Origin: Zancudomyces culisetae HAW-14-8
Taxonomy: Eukaryota > Fungi > Kickxellomycota
Assembly (NCBI GenBank): GCA_052426225.1
Contig: JBNJNM010000010.1
Location: forward strand, 558,001-622,000
Direction: 5' to 3'
DNA length: 64,000 nucleotides
Shown here: positions 50,495 through 62,881 of the stretch, in pieces
Numbering within the stretch: position 1 is the first letter of the stretch
Layout: each line of letters begins with the position of its first letter
Notes under the pieces: model-generated
Told to the model about the DNA's origin: nothing
The model's database searches: none
The model's input: the letters and a program-made list of their open reading frames with translations, nothing else
Made by a program: the position numbers and the translations under genes

Positions 50495-52301
50495 ATGCTT
50501 CGAATCAAAATACTCAAAAGAGTGGCCCGGAACTCCACTGCCTTTATCCATCAAAGATCAGTAAGTATGATCACTGTTTCAACCAAAAAGGACTATGTTA
50601 ACGATTCTGACAAAATCAAAAAGAATTATGTGGCAGTAGTTGGCTCTGGTCCTGCAGGATACTACACCGCTCTGAAGCTGCTAGAAAACAAAGACATCTT
50701 TGGTGTGGATATCTTTGAGAAAATGCCTGTCCCATTCGGACTTGTTAGATACGGTGTAGCCCCAGATCATCCAGAAGTTAAGGTAAATAACTTTATTGCC
50801 AGCTTAAACACTTGTTTGAGTTATTTTTTAATAAATAAGTAAATAAATAAAACAGATTTCGTCTTATTATATCAAAGCCTATATAATACAAGAGAAAAAG
50901 AAAATGAAGGTAATACTACAATAAACAAAGAAATATTAGGTATGTACAAATAGGTTTAACCATGTAAATCAGGATGAGCGAGTAAGGTTCTTTGGAAATA
51001 TAGGTGTTGGGAAGGATAAAGATATATGCGTTGAAGATTTGAAGAATCTTTACCATGCAGTTGTTCTATCTTATGGCGCAGAAACCAGTAGAAACCTAAA
51101 TATCCCAGGCGAAGAAGGAATAATTATTCAGGATAGCACATCCAAGCAAGAAAAAAGGATAGGAGGTGTATATAGAGCCCGAGATTTCGTCAACTACTAC
51201 AACGGATACCCAGAGGCACAAACCAAATTTCCAGTGGATTTTCTAAGTGGTTCAAAAAACAAAAAAGTGGCTATCTTTGGTATGGGTAATGTTTCTTTGG
51301 ATGTGGCAAGAATTTTGTTGAAGGATCCAGAATCCTTAGCGACCACGGATATCAGTAAAAATGCACTTGAAATGCTGCATCAAAGCAAAGTCAGTCATGT
51401 AGATATTATTGCTAGGAGAGGACCACTAAACATAGCATTCACTACAAAAGAAGTAAGAGAGCTTTTAAAACTGCCCAATGTAAAGTTGGATATGGATAAG
51501 CGAGATATTATGGACAGTTTAAATAACGAGATATCACAACAAGAACTGAAAAGTAATAGACCTCTAGGACGGATGCTGGGAGTTATTACCAAGTATCTTG
51601 ACAGCCAAGTTGCCAAAAGCCCCGCTGAAAGGGTGTCTGATACCTTGGCGGATGTTGATAAAAGAACAAAAACATGGGCCCTCAAGTTTATGCTAAGCCC
51701 AAAACGTATCACCTTTCCAAATTCAGATCCGAACCAAAATCCTTTAGACTTTTCTCAGTCAATTGAACTGGAGAAAAACGCGTTTGTGGGTGCGCCAACC
51801 TTGAGATCTAGACCTGTTGGCACAAATCAGTTTATTAACTTGGACTACAACATTGCTTTCCAGAGTATCGGGTATAAATCCATTGGTATTTCTGGTGTTC
51901 CATTCAATAGCAAGAAAAATATAATTCCTAATGTGTCCGGAAGGGTTATCGAATACACTGAAGAAAAAGGTGAGGGTCAGATATTGCCCGGTCTCTACGT
52001 CTCTGGCTGGATCAAAACCGGTCCTACTGGTATTCTTGCAAATACCATGTATGATTCATTTGATACTGCATCTGCAATCATAAAGGATCTGGATCTTGGC
52101 TTACTGGAGAAAGAACATGTATTCGATAGAAAAGTCTTGATAGATCAACGCCTCAAGGCTCTTGGTGTCTTTGACAAATGTGTCGATTATAACATGTACC
52201 TAAAGATAAACGAGTCTGAGCTTGAAACGGGTAGAGAATTGGGAAAAGCGAGTGAAAAGATATCTTCAATTGATGAAATGCTTAGAGTAGCCAGAAGTTG
52301 A
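50495..52301 (+). CDS. ARH1: Mitochondrial NADPH:adrenodoxin oxidoreductase (2 exons, intron 50783-50939)
   Basis: 'VVGSGPAG', 'PFGLVRYGVAPDHPEVK', 'GMGNVSLDVARIL' and 'GWIKTGPTG'. Confidence 0.95.
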
Positions 52302-52645
52302 TGTGCTTGTATATACTGGGTTCATACTGTTTGGTTCATATCCTTATCCACAAAGCAAGCAGTTATTTTACACTTTACATCCTACTTTTTTCCCTTCTCT
52401 CTTCCCTCCCCCACCCCTTCCCCCAAGTGCACTAACAAGATCGAAAAATTAGATATTCATTTGCTTTAATTATTAGATTTTAACATTTGATCCGTTAACT
52501 TTTTTATATAAATCATTTGCTTGCTAGAAAAAGAAAATGAGGTAAAGGAATACTGTTAACTCAAAAGAAAACAATAAAATAGAATATACAATATCAAGCG
52601 ATGCAAGTCAGCTCGTATCTCGGTACACCTTATTCGCTTTCGTAA

Positions 52646-53706
52646 TTATCCCAAAGGTCGAATCTATTAATTAATAATTATAGTGTCATGTTAAAGCAAA
52701 ACTATAAACCGCTGAAATTATTCATCGTTGTCCTTGTTCACAATGCTGCCCATCCCCTAACTTGTAGAGCTAATAGTTATCTATACAAAAATATATACCT
52801 TAAAGTTCAGTGAAATCAAAGAAAAAACAAAACACTTGAGATCTTGGACCAGGTAATAAAGACACTTTAAACCCTCAGGATCTTTGCTTTCCTGTACTTC
52901 AACTAGCGAGCTTATTTTAGATGTCTATCGAAATATTTTATTCAATTAATTTCACCAACCCGTCGTTTAATCTAGTAAAAATATGGTTAGCACACGAGAT
53001 AGTAGAGGAAAGGTACCTCGAAAAGAATTTGTTCATTTCCTAATCTGACTTCTAATTCTTGACGACCGGCATTGTCACTCTTTGGCCAGCTGTTGTCGTC
53101 TTCCCTATTCAACATTTGTATCAAAGATTTTGCATGTAAAAGTAATTGTATACTGTGTTGTGTTATTCTTTTACTTTTTTTATATTATTTTTACAAATGA
53201 ACGATATACGGAAACACCTACTTTACAATTTCGCTGTCTTGGATTATTCTGATGAATTCATCTATTACTGCTTGGCTCACTTTCACTATATGTTTAGGTA
53301 GAAATGTAAGTACAAGATATTTCGCGCAACATCAAATGCAGATAGAATGAACAACGCATATTACTTTTCTTTCTAATCATGTTGTCCCTCCTATAATTCG
53401 AATTGTTGGCATATCGAATGGTACCATCCCCCTTAATTTCGAATTCGAGAAATTCGTGGCCGAATTTTCCTTTGTGCCCCGTACTATAAAAATGACGATT
53501 AAAACGTTTTAACAATTGAAAGACTAGTAAAGTTTGATCGTAACTCGCAAAAGTAGGTACAAATATGTATTTTTCCAGTGCGCTATAATAATTAGTTGCC
53601 TCACAATCTTGCGAAATGCTAAGCTGCGTGAGTGAGTACACGTAAAGATATATCCAAGCTGTAAAAATACTTACTAGTACCTAAGGTAAAAGTTTTCTCT
53701 GTCCAT
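52646..53706 (-). CDS. MAGOH: Mago nashi, exon junction complex core (about 6 exons)
   Basis: [11 protein letters not shown]|[15 protein letters not shown]...[16 protein letters not shown], then later exons '[23 protein letters not shown]' and '[30 protein letters not shown]', and a probable last exon 'IRPLG*' (tentative). Confidence 0.92.
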
Positions 53707-54170
53707 TTGCGTATGTTATTGGTATTTTACAACGCTGTTGCTAACTCTCCTTTTGTATTACAAGTCGGCCTTTACAACTTTTACACCTAAAATCAAAAAA
53801 TCTCTAATAAAATAATAAATATAAAATTTCTTTATTATTCGAGCATAATCGAAGCTACAGTCAAGGCCAAAGGACCAAAAAAAAAAATCCCTTCCATACT
53901 GCCAAATTGCAAACGGTGATTTAAACAAAAATTAAATTGAGCTGAAATTTATTGGCCTACTGAACAAATAACCACTAAATAATAAAATAATAAAGTAATA
54001 AAATAATAAAGTAATAAAAAAATTGGACTGAAATCATTTAGTGCTGAAACTTCCTTTCGTCCATCTGACTTTGTTTTTTTTCTCGGATTTTAGTAATATG
54101 AACTTTCAGAAACGCCAATATCTGATAAAAAGTACTAACATATTTACAGTACCAGATCGTCAAGTACAAA

Positions 54171-55622
54171 ATGTTTGCAAGGAAATTTAGAGCAAATAGA
54201 CTAACTAAATCTCAACGTAGAGGATATGGACTCTTGGATTTTGTGTTACGAACCCCGGAATCCAAAGATCCCATCACCAAAAATATGTATGGCCAGGCTA
54301 TGCACAAAACCAACCCTGGGCTTATTTCACAACAGGAACTAGCTCCTGGTTTTACCAAAAACGAGTTTCACACGCGTAGAGTAAACTTAATGAAACCGTT
54401 GAACGAAAAAGACGTTGTTGTAGTTTTCGGTGCAGACAAACAATACCATTCACCACATATATTTTATCCATTTAGACAGGATGCGAATTTTTACTATTTA
54501 ACTGGGTGGGCTGAGCCAAATTCCGCACTTGTATTACAAAAGGATTCCAATGTTACTGGCGGCTACAAATCAATGCTTTTTTGCTTGGAAAAGGATCATA
54601 ATCGCGAAATATGGGAAGGTAGTAGAAATGGGATAGAAAGTGCAGTTGCGGACTTTGGCTTTGACGAGGCCTTTCCTGTTTCCAATTTAACTGTACATTT
54701 AAGGGATCTGGTTAGAGAAAGGAATGGCTTGAAGCTGTACGCAGGTAAGAACAACATTCCTGGTAAAATCAAGAGCCAGCTTAATTTCAATGATTTCATT
54801 GATGTGAATTCCAAAATCCAGAAACTACGGCTTATAAAATCAGATTCAGAAATCAAAATGCTTCAAAAAGCCAACGATATATCGTTGACAGGGTATTTAG
54901 AGCTACTTAAGGCTATACGGGAGGGGGTTAATGAAGACAGCTTGGCAAACCTGTTTGAGTTTACTTGTAAGAAGAGTTTGGGTGAAAAATCCTCACTAAC
55001 AAGATCTGGCTATGTTCCGGTGTTTGCAGGTGGAGACAATTCACTACTCCTACATTACACACTGAATAATTGCAATTTGAATGCGGGGGATTTACTGTTG
55101 ATAGATGCGGGTATGGAGTATGCCTATTATAACTCAGATATTTCGAGAACATATCCAGTTAACAAAACCTACACTCCTGCGCAAAAGGATTTGTACAATG
55201 CTGTGCTGCATGTACAAGAATCTACTATTGATTACATTGCTAAGTGCAGGACCAAAAAGGAATCATTAACGCTGAATAATATTCATTCATACTCGTCAAA
55301 ACTTCTTTCTACAAATTTGCGTGATCTAGGCTTTGTAGATGTGAATATTGATAGAATATACCCACACCACGTTTCACACTATTTGGGTATTCAACTTCAC
55401 GATACGGTTGATGTTTCTTTGAATACACCTATTCAAAACAACATGGTTTTCACAATTGAACCTGGGCTTTATATCCCATATGATGACAATTATCCCAAGC
55501 ATTTCCACGGAATGGGCATCAGGATTGAGGATAACATCGTGACTAAAGAGGATGGAATAGTCAACTTAAGTAAGAGCATTCCCAAAAAAATCGAGGACAT
55601 TGAACGAATAATGAATGAATAA
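54171..55622 (+). CDS. ICP55: Mitochondrial Xaa-Pro aminopeptidase (intermediate cleaving peptidase 55 / XPNPEP3)
   Basis: 'FYPFRQDANFYYLTG', 'LLIDAG..Y.SDISRTYP', 'PHHVSHYLG..LHD', 'TIEPGLY' and 'GIRIED', with an Arg-rich presequence-like N-terminus. Confidence 0.92.
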   Translation: MFARKFRANRLTKSQRRGYGLLDFVLRTPESKDPITKNMYGQAMHKTNPGLISQQELAPGFTKNEFHTRRVNLMKPLNEKDVVVVFGADKQYHSPHIFYPFRQDANFYYLTGWAEPNSALVLQKDSNVTGGYKSMLFCLEKDHNREIWEGSRNGIESAVADFGFDEAFPVSNLTVHLRDLVRERNGLKLYAGKNNIPGKIKSQLNFNDFIDVNSKIQKLRLIKSDSEIKMLQKANDISLTGYLELLKAIREGVNEDSLANLFEFTCKKSLGEKSSLTRSGYVPVFAGGDNSLLLHYTLNNCNLNAGDLLLIDAGMEYAYYNSDISRTYPVNKTYTPAQKDLYNAVLHVQESTIDYIAKCRTKKESLTLNNIHSYSSKLLSTNLRDLGFVDVNIDRIYPHHVSHYLGIQLHDTVDVSLNTPIQNNMVFTIEPGLYIPYDDNYPKHFHGMGIRIEDNIVTKEDGIVNLSKSIPKKIEDIERIMNE

Positions 55623-56496
55623 GATCTATGATACTAGAAGAAAGACATGACTTTGTTATTTTATTTATTGGTTATGGTACAGTGGAAATAGTTTTCATAT
55701 TCCTGTATCAACCCTTGTTTAAATTGCTATTTTATCAACATGATCAGTCATTTGCAATTATTATTAGTATTATCTACCTTTATAGTAAGGATGGAGGTTT
55801 TTTAGAGGGGACACTCAGAGTTTTTTACAAAGTCTTTACACTTTTATTATTATTAGTACACCAAAATCAGATAAAAGTTATTGAAAAACAAAAGCAGAAT
55901 AAGATAAAAAAGATTATTAACTTTAAACCGATATCCAGAGTGACCAACGACTGGTACAAGCCCTCAATAAATTTATGATATTTCCAAACTTTTATAGTCT
56001 TAACATATACACCATCACTGTTTTATTCTTCTAGAATGCACTTTTTAGTACTAATTAAAATCGTAGGACAATAACAGTAGGAAATATATCATAGGAGGGT
56101 ACTAATAATACTGAACATTAGCACTCATGTTAATATATCAAAATGATATTTGCCTTTGTCAGCTTTAAATCGGAAAAGACTCAAAAAAAAATTTCAACTT
56201 TGGTAGAGTTTAAGGGTGCAAGCTGATTTGTGGCATTTACGCTAGTTTGAACCCAATATAATTTGATTGATAAAATCAAAAATTAAACACCACAAAATAA
56301 AATTCAAAATAAATTAAAAAAATCTAAAAAGCGAAAAATCTAAAAAGCGAAAAAGCAAAAGCAAAAGCAAAAGAAAAAGAAAAAGAAAAAGAAAAAGAAA
56401 AAAAAATCAGACTTGATAAAACAAGTGTATTGTACTTTTTTTTTCCTGTTCATTTGTTCCTATATAAAGTAACGATTAATACAGCAGTTCACAGCA

Positions 56497-56907
56497 ATGT
56501 TGCATTTACTAGGTGTAAATTTACCCGATCAAAAGGTGGTCTCTGTAGCACTTAGCTACTTTTACGGTATTGGAAGATCACAGGCGGAAAGAATATGTTC
56601 ACAAATGTCGATTCACAAGCAATGTAGATTACACGAGCTCAATGAAACACAAATTAATCAGCTTTCCGGAATCTTGTCAAAAATGACTTTGGAAAACGAT
56701 CTCCAACGTCAGATCAGCAATAACGTCAAGCGACTGCGAAGAATAGGAACATACGTAGGAATGCGACATGCTGTTGGTTTGCCGGTACATGGCCAAAACA
56801 CCAGAAACAATTGCAAAACCGCCAAAAAACTGAATGGAAGATTCTTGAAAAAATACTCTACTGTTGTTGAAAGGCATAGTTCCCTGACTCAGTATTTGAA
56901 TAAATAA
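56497..56907 (+). CDS. SWS2: Mitochondrial ribosomal protein uS13m
   Basis: 'LLGVNLPDQKVVSVALSYFYGIG...IGTYVGMRHAVGLPVHGQNTRNN'. Confidence 0.93.
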   Translation: MLHLLGVNLPDQKVVSVALSYFYGIGRSQAERICSQMSIHKQCRLHELNETQINQLSGILSKMTLENDLQRQISNNVKRLRRIGTYVGMRHAVGLPVHGQNTRNNCKTAKKLNGRFLKKYSTVVERHSSLTQYLNK

Positions 56908-57501
56908 TCCTTTCCTTTTTGTTTTTGATCAAGTAGAAGAGGAGGAGGATAAGGGAGTAGGGTTGTTCTCTATTTTAATCTGTGGTGTTTGATCAAGATA
57001 TTACACCACATCATCTTTTTATATCTTTTCGTTTTAGCCTTTCTTTCAAGTACGAGTATAGATAATACATATTTTACACTTATCGATGTATCAGTGAATA
57101 AATAACTTGTGCTGGTACATGTAACTCAGTGCTGGTTACCTTGTTTATTATTCTGTTTTGTTTTGCTTAATGGATTTGTAAAGAAAATATCACATAAAAT
57201 TCTATCGAAAAAAAAAAGAATCCTAACAAAATATCTACACAATAAATCCATCCCCCTCACCCCTTCAAGCTAGTCAATCCTAGCTTCACCTTCCTATTCC
57301 TACTCTCCAAATAGACACCAAATAACAGCCCTTAGAACTGCCACAAATAATCCAGAATTGGTTAGGGACAACTTTTGCAAGGAAAAAAAACGGACCATGT
57401 AATCAAAAGTGACGATAGTATAGCAATTTATTTTTGCTAAATTACAAAATTGAACAACATACTAAATGTGAGGAGGGAAAAAAAATGAAAAATGAAAAAG
57501 A

Positions 57502-59592
57502 TTAATCTACTTCTTCCATGTTTGTCTCAGCAACCTCCTCAAGAGCAGGAGCATCAGGGACGGCAACATCATCGGCTTCGTCATCATTGATGTTGAGACC
57601 GTGCTCAATCATGCGGTAAATTCTATTTGCAAATACAGTTGGGTCATCAAGGGAGAAGCCGGAAGAAAGAAGAGCAGACTCGTACATGATGTTGGTGAGA
57701 TCCTTGACGGTCTTGTCGTTCTGGTCTTGGGAAACCTTGTCCTTAAGAGCCTTAATGATTGGGTGGTTGGGGTTGATTTCCATAGTCTTCTTGGACATCA
57801 TGTAGGAAGACATGGTGGAGTCACGGAGAGCTTGAGCCTTCATGATACGCTCCATGTTGGCGGTCCATCCAAATTGGCCAGTGACGAGCACACATGGGGA
57901 GTTGTGGATGCGGTTGGAGACTGTGGCCTTCTCGATCCTGTCACCCAAGATTTCCTTGATCTGGGCACAGAGTGGCTCAAGTTCTTTCTTTTGTTCCTCA
58001 AGAGTCTTCTTTTCATCCTCAGATTCCAAGAGTTCAAGACCCTCTTTGGTTACAGAAACGAGTTTCTTGCCCTCGTATTCTCTGAGTTGTTGGACAGAGT
58101 ATTCGTCAATGGCTTCAACCATATACAAGACCTCAAAGCCCTTGCGTTTGAGAACTTCAAGGAATGGTGAGTCCTCAACAGCCTTCTTAGACTCACCAGT
58201 AATGTAGTAGATGTCCTTTTGACCCTCTGGCATTCTGGTGACGTAGTCCTTGAATGAGGTGTATTCGTCTGGGGACTTGGTGGAGTGGAAGCGCAAGAGC
58301 TCAGCAAGCTTGGTTCTGTTCTGGGAGTCTTCGTGGATACCCAACTTGATGTTCTTGCTGAAGGCTTCGTAGAACTTGGCAAAGTTCTCCTTGTCCTCGG
58401 CAATTTCGTTGAACATCTCAAGACACTTCTTGACAATGTTCTTCTTGATTACCTTAAGAATGTTGTTTTGTTGGAGAATTTCTCTGGAAATGTTGAGTGG
58501 AAGATCCTCAGAGTCTACTACACCCTTGACAAATCCAAGCCATTCTGGGATAAGATCCTCACAGTCATCCATGATAAACACACGGCGGACGTACAATTTG
58601 ATGTTGTTTCTCTTGCGCTTGGATTCAAACAAGTCGAATGGTGCTCTGGATGGGATGTACAAAATGGCCTTGAATTCCAATTGACCCTCTACTGAGAAGT
58701 GCTTGACGGACAATGGATCCTCCCAGTCGTTAGTCAATGACTTGTAGAAAGCATTGTACTCATCTGGTTGGATATCATCTGGGTTCTTGGTCCAGATTGG
58801 CTTGGTCTTGTTGAGTTCTTCCAATTCTTGCTTAACTTCCTTGACGGTCTTGGTCTTCTTTTTCTTGTCCTCCTCATCCTCAACTTCTTCGACCTTTGAG
58901 GCGTTGTCCTCTGTCTTGGCCTCCTCTTCTTCAGGAACCTCAACGTCTACCTCCTTCTCTACCAACAATTTGATTGGGTAGGAAATGAATTCACTGTGCT
59001 TCTTGACAATCTCCTTAATTTTCTTCTCTTCCAAGTATTCCAATTGGTCTTCCTTGAGGAAAAGTTTGATTTCTGTACCACGTCCCAATCTGGGGTTTAC
59101 ATCGTCCAAAGTGATGGTAAAAGAGCCTCCTGCTGATGACTCCCAAATGTATTGCTCGTCATCGTTGTGCTTGGTGACTACTTGGACTCTATCAGCTACC
59201 AAGTATGCTGAGTAGAAACCCACACCAAACTGTCCAATCATAGAAATATCTGCTCCTTGTGACAAAGCTTCCATAAATGATTTGGTTCCGGACTTGGCAA
59301 TGGTACCCAAGTTGTTGACCAGGTCAGCCTTGGTCATACCAATACCAGTATCCCTAATGCACAAGATCTTGTTTGTTTTGTCGGCTGAAATTTGGATGTA
59401 CAACTCCTTCTCTGAATCAAGAACTGATGGGTTTGTCAAGGACTCGTATCTAATCTTATCCAAAGCATCAGAGGAGTTGGAGATGAGTTCTCTCAAGAAA
59501 ATCTCCTTGTTTGAGTAGAAGGTGTTGATGATCAAACTCATCAACTGGCTGATCTCAGCCTGGAATGAGAATGTTTCTGCTTTTCCTGTCAT
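57502..59592 (-). CDS. HSP90: Cytosolic heat shock protein 90
   Basis: '[30 protein letters not shown]', '[12 protein letters not shown]' and C-terminal MEEVD. Intronless, with strong codon bias. Confidence 0.99.
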   Translation of the reverse strand: MTGKAETFSFQAEISQLMSLIINTFYSNKEIFLRELISNSSDALDKIRYESLTNPSVLDSEKELYIQISADKTNKILCIRDTGIGMTKADLVNNLGTIAKSGTKSFMEALSQGADISMIGQFGVGFYSAYLVADRVQVVTKHNDDEQYIWESSAGGSFTITLDDVNPRLGRGTEIKLFLKEDQLEYLEEKKIKEIVKKHSEFISYPIKLLVEKEVDVEVPEEEEAKTEDNASKVEEVEDEEDKKKKTKTVKEVKQELEELNKTKPIWTKNPDDIQPDEYNAFYKSLTNDWEDPLSVKHFSVEGQLEFKAILYIPSRAPFDLFESKRKRNNIKLYVRRVFIMDDCEDLIPEWLGFVKGVVDSEDLPLNISREILQQNNILKVIKKNIVKKCLEMFNEIAEDKENFAKFYEAFSKNIKLGIHEDSQNRTKLAELLRFHSTKSPDEYTSFKDYVTRMPEGQKDIYYITGESKKAVEDSPFLEVLKRKGFEVLYMVEAIDEYSVQQLREYEGKKLVSVTKEGLELLESEDEKKTLEEQKKELEPLCAQIKEILGDRIEKATVSNRIHNSPCVLVTGQFGWTANMERIMKAQALRDSTMSSYMMSKKTMEINPNHPIIKALKDKVSQDQNDKTVKDLTNIMYESALLSSGFSLDDPTVFANRIYRMIEHGLNINDDEADDVAVPDAPALEEVAETNMEEVD

Positions 59593-59649
59593 TTTGCCTA
59601 TCGCCTGTTTTTATTTTATTTACTAAGACTATTCTAATACAATTGCTAT

Positions 59650-59664
59650 GTTCAAGAATATTAC
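59650..59664. promoter_or_regulatory. Possible heat-shock element upstream of HSP90
   Basis: gTTCaaGAAtaTTAc gives two perfect and one imperfect inverted nGAAn units about 60 bp from the ATG. It may lie in the 5' UTR. Confidence 0.3.
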
Positions 59665-60998
59665 TTGGGAATAAAACCTATTTATACCAGATTTTCGTAT
59701 TCTGGTTTATGCTTCTATAGAAGTTTGCATATTTTACAACTTTCCTAAATTTACTTTGTAAATCTTTTCTCCCCCATTTCTTTTCCTTTTTTTTCCTTAC
59801 TTTTCCTTTCCTTTCCTTTTCTTTCTTTTCCTTCATCATCTCTCCCCCGCTGATGAAAAGAAAAATGGGCAAAAATGGGGAACATACCAAAAAGCAGATG
59901 AATAGTTTGCATTGTGGAATTTTTTTGCTTCTCCTCTTCCTTCCTCTCCACCCCCTTACCAGCTCATCTAATAATCCCACATCCTTATTTGCCAATGAAC
60001 CAAAAAAAAAAATTTTTTTTCGTTAAATGTTGGTAAAATTTCCATCGGCTTCTACTAGAAAAACGCAAATAGCAAAGTACTTGAATAAACAAATTATGCA
60101 AATAGTATTATGGATTCAGTTTTCCGCATTATTTCATTTCGATTTATTCCATTTACACCAAATATGCAGCCCTAGATTTTTTTTTCTACACTGTAACTAA
60201 ATAAACTTGAAAGGAGCATTAAAATGTCAAATTCAAAAATAAACACAAAAAAAGTTTTATAAAACGATTTGCAAATGCAAATACTAAAACACATTTTTGT
60301 TTATTTATTCTTTGATGTTCTCTGTTTTTCGATCTTTAGCTTTCTTATACTTAAAATATAGCCTACATAGAAATTAAATAAAAAGGAAAAAGGTTGAGGA
60401 GATGAGTGAAAGGAACAAAAAAATGTGATTGGCAACTTGGATTGTCGTGTTGGTGATGTAAACAAAAGCTTTTTTTATTGGGTATACAAAAGTGCACCCA
60501 ATTGGCTTATACAACTCCTCTTATCCCTTCCCCCCCCCTACTAGCATTCCCTGTTCTCCAGTTAGCCAGATTATCAAAAGATAAATAAATGTGAATGCTT
60601 TTTTTTTTGAGGAGGTCCAAGTAATGGGATAAGATTCGGGTTCTAATATTCTTAGAATATAGGGCCTTGCTTTTGGTCAAGTGGCAGATACTGGAACTCT
60701 TATCCGATTTTAGTTTTTGGATGGGTTTCAGTGGAGAGGCCAAAGTGCAAATACACAGTAACACAAAAACTCCCACACTCTTGCCCTGCCACAGCGGGAA
60801 GAGTCATAAAGCAACAGTAAACATTTTTTTCCCACACAAACACGTTCTCATGCTTATTTTGTACCCTTAATACATGTCGAAAAAAACCTTCAATTTGTCC
60901 TGAATTTTTATTAAAAAATATCCAAACATCCGAGTAGGTAAGATGACCACTCAAATTGAATCAAAAGCTATATATATTAGTAAATAAGTAAAAACAAA

Positions 60999-62439
60999 TT
61001 AGGCACGAGCAACTTGCCATACACGGATGGCGTTGTCAGTGTATCCTGAGAACAAAACTGAACCATCAGCAGACCATGCAAGGGAGATGCACTCTGGGGT
61101 CAATGACTTCTTACCAGCCAATGCAAACTCTGGTGAAAGTTCGCATACTGGTGACTTGGACTCGAGGTCCCAGACCTTAATGCACTTGGATGTGGCTGCG
61201 CACAACCAGTATCTGTTTGGTGAGAAGCAGAGTGCGTTGATGCAGTCTCCAGCCTCCAAAGAGTACAAGTGCTTGCCATCGTTCAAGTCCCAGAGCATTG
61301 TAACTCCGTCCTTACCACCTGAAGCACAGAGTGAGCCGTCTGGTGAGATGGTGATTGAGCTGATGTATCCGGTGTGACCGTAGTGGTTGGTTACAAGCTT
61401 GAACTTGTTGGAGTCCCAGACCTAACACATTCATATTATCATATGTTGTTATATCCGTAGGATAAATTATTGAATACATTTAGCACACCCTCTTTGAAAA
61501 CAAGCGGTTAAAATATTTAATCAGAGATCTTGGTGATAAAAATTGTCTCATAGGCCAACGTTGCCTCTGAAGTAGCAAGTATGTTAATCATCATAAAACA
61601 CTTTCCCACGCCCATTAATGCAAAAGAAATACAACAAGTGCATATGCAAAAATAAATAAAAAAGGAATACTCACCTTAACAACCTTGTCCCATCCAGCAG
61701 AGACAACAATTGGTGTTGATGGGTTTGGTGAAAATACAACGTTTGAGACCCAGTCGCCGTGACCCTCATCTACAATGTCGTACTTGCACTCTCCGAGTGT
61801 GTTCCATAGCTTGATGGTCTTGTCGCGTGATCCAGAAACAATTTGACGGTTGTCTGGTGAGAATGATACAGAGAGGACATCACTGGTGTGTCCAACAAAT
61901 CTTCTGGTTGTGGTTCCAGTGTTCAAGTCCCACAATCTCAAAGTCTTGTCCCATGATGCTGACAATGCGAATTGTCCATCAGAGGATAGAGCTATAGCTT
62001 GGACAAAGTGGTTGTGTCCGTGCAATGATCTTCTTGGAACTCCGTAGTTGGTCTCGTCACGTGTAAGATTCCATACAATCAAGGTCTTATCACGGGATGC
62101 TGATACGAGCATGTTAGGGTTCTCTGGGGTTGTTGCCAAAGCAGTGACCCATCCAGAATGTCCTATTTTTCAGATAATTTGTATTTGCATTTGTTTAGTA
62201 TTTAAATCCTTGTAATTAATCAAAATCGAGTACATATACAGGCCCCTCCTTTTTGAATCGCTTATCTCTACCGACTTTATAAATCAGAATCCGTTTATGA
62301 AAGACAAATCACAAAAATATATCATAACTAGTTTTTGTTAAGATGAGCCACTCGCTCTAATCTAAAATTTAAAAAAATAAAGTGCCAGTTAGCCATGATA
62401 CTTACCCTTAAGAATACCACGGTGAATTAGAGTGTCCAT
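60999..62439 (-). CDS. RACK1: RACK1/Asc1/Cpc2 40S ribosomal WD40 protein (3 exons)
   Basis: Exons 62439-62406, 62162-61675 and 61421-60999. '[22 protein letters not shown]...[34 protein letters not shown]'. Confidence 0.98.
61518..61598 (-). ncRNA. snR24: Box C/D snoRNA U24 (snR24) in RACK1 intron 2
   Basis: Minus strand reads ATGATGA (box C, 61594-61588) TTAACATACTTGCTACTT-CAGA (D') ... ATGAGA (C') ... TATCACCAAGATCT-CTGA (D, ending 61521). Guides are complementary to LSU rRNA AGATCTTGGTGGTAGTAGCAA, and the host gene is the same as for yeast U24. Confidence 0.93.
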
Positions 62440-62881
62440 TTTAGTTGCTATATCTACCTAACTTTTGACTGAGAAAACAAAAGAGATATATGCAAGATTT
62501 TGCCCTTTTGTTCTTTAAGGATTCAACAAAAATTACACTATTTTCTTAATTTGGCAAATTCATACTAGTTTTTCGGTAGGGTTGATTGGTGAACTTAATC
62601 TTGTATTAAACTATTTTCCTTTGGTTTATTGGTCTACTCAAAAAAAATTTTCAAGTGCAAAAGTATGAGGGAATAAAAAATAAAAAGCATACTGATTTTC
62701 ATCGATTTGCCCTTAACAAAAACATCGATTCACAAAGCTGTAAACAATGAACTTTGGCCATTTCGTCTCGGAAAAGAAAGAAAAAACTCAGATAAACACA
62801 ATTAGCTTGACCAAAAATACGAATACTTTAGATGTATTTGTATTCATCGAGTGATATGAGCTTTTTTTATTATTATTGAAA

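Noticed and set aside
57601-58695. Long antisense ORFs over HSP90 (also over G3BP, KIN1, NBR1 and INTS7)
   Set aside because: These are shadows of biased codon usage and simple repeats in the real genes.
60776-60812. SECIS element in the RACK1 3' flank (ATGA plus hairpin on the minus strand)
   Set aside because: No opposing GA for the kink-turn, no apical AA, and RACK1 has no in-frame UGA.
62280-62330. Second box C/D snoRNA in RACK1 intron 1 (ATGATA...CTGA)
   Set aside because: Imperfect C box, only about 40 nt between boxes, and no rRNA guide adjacent to the D box that I can support.
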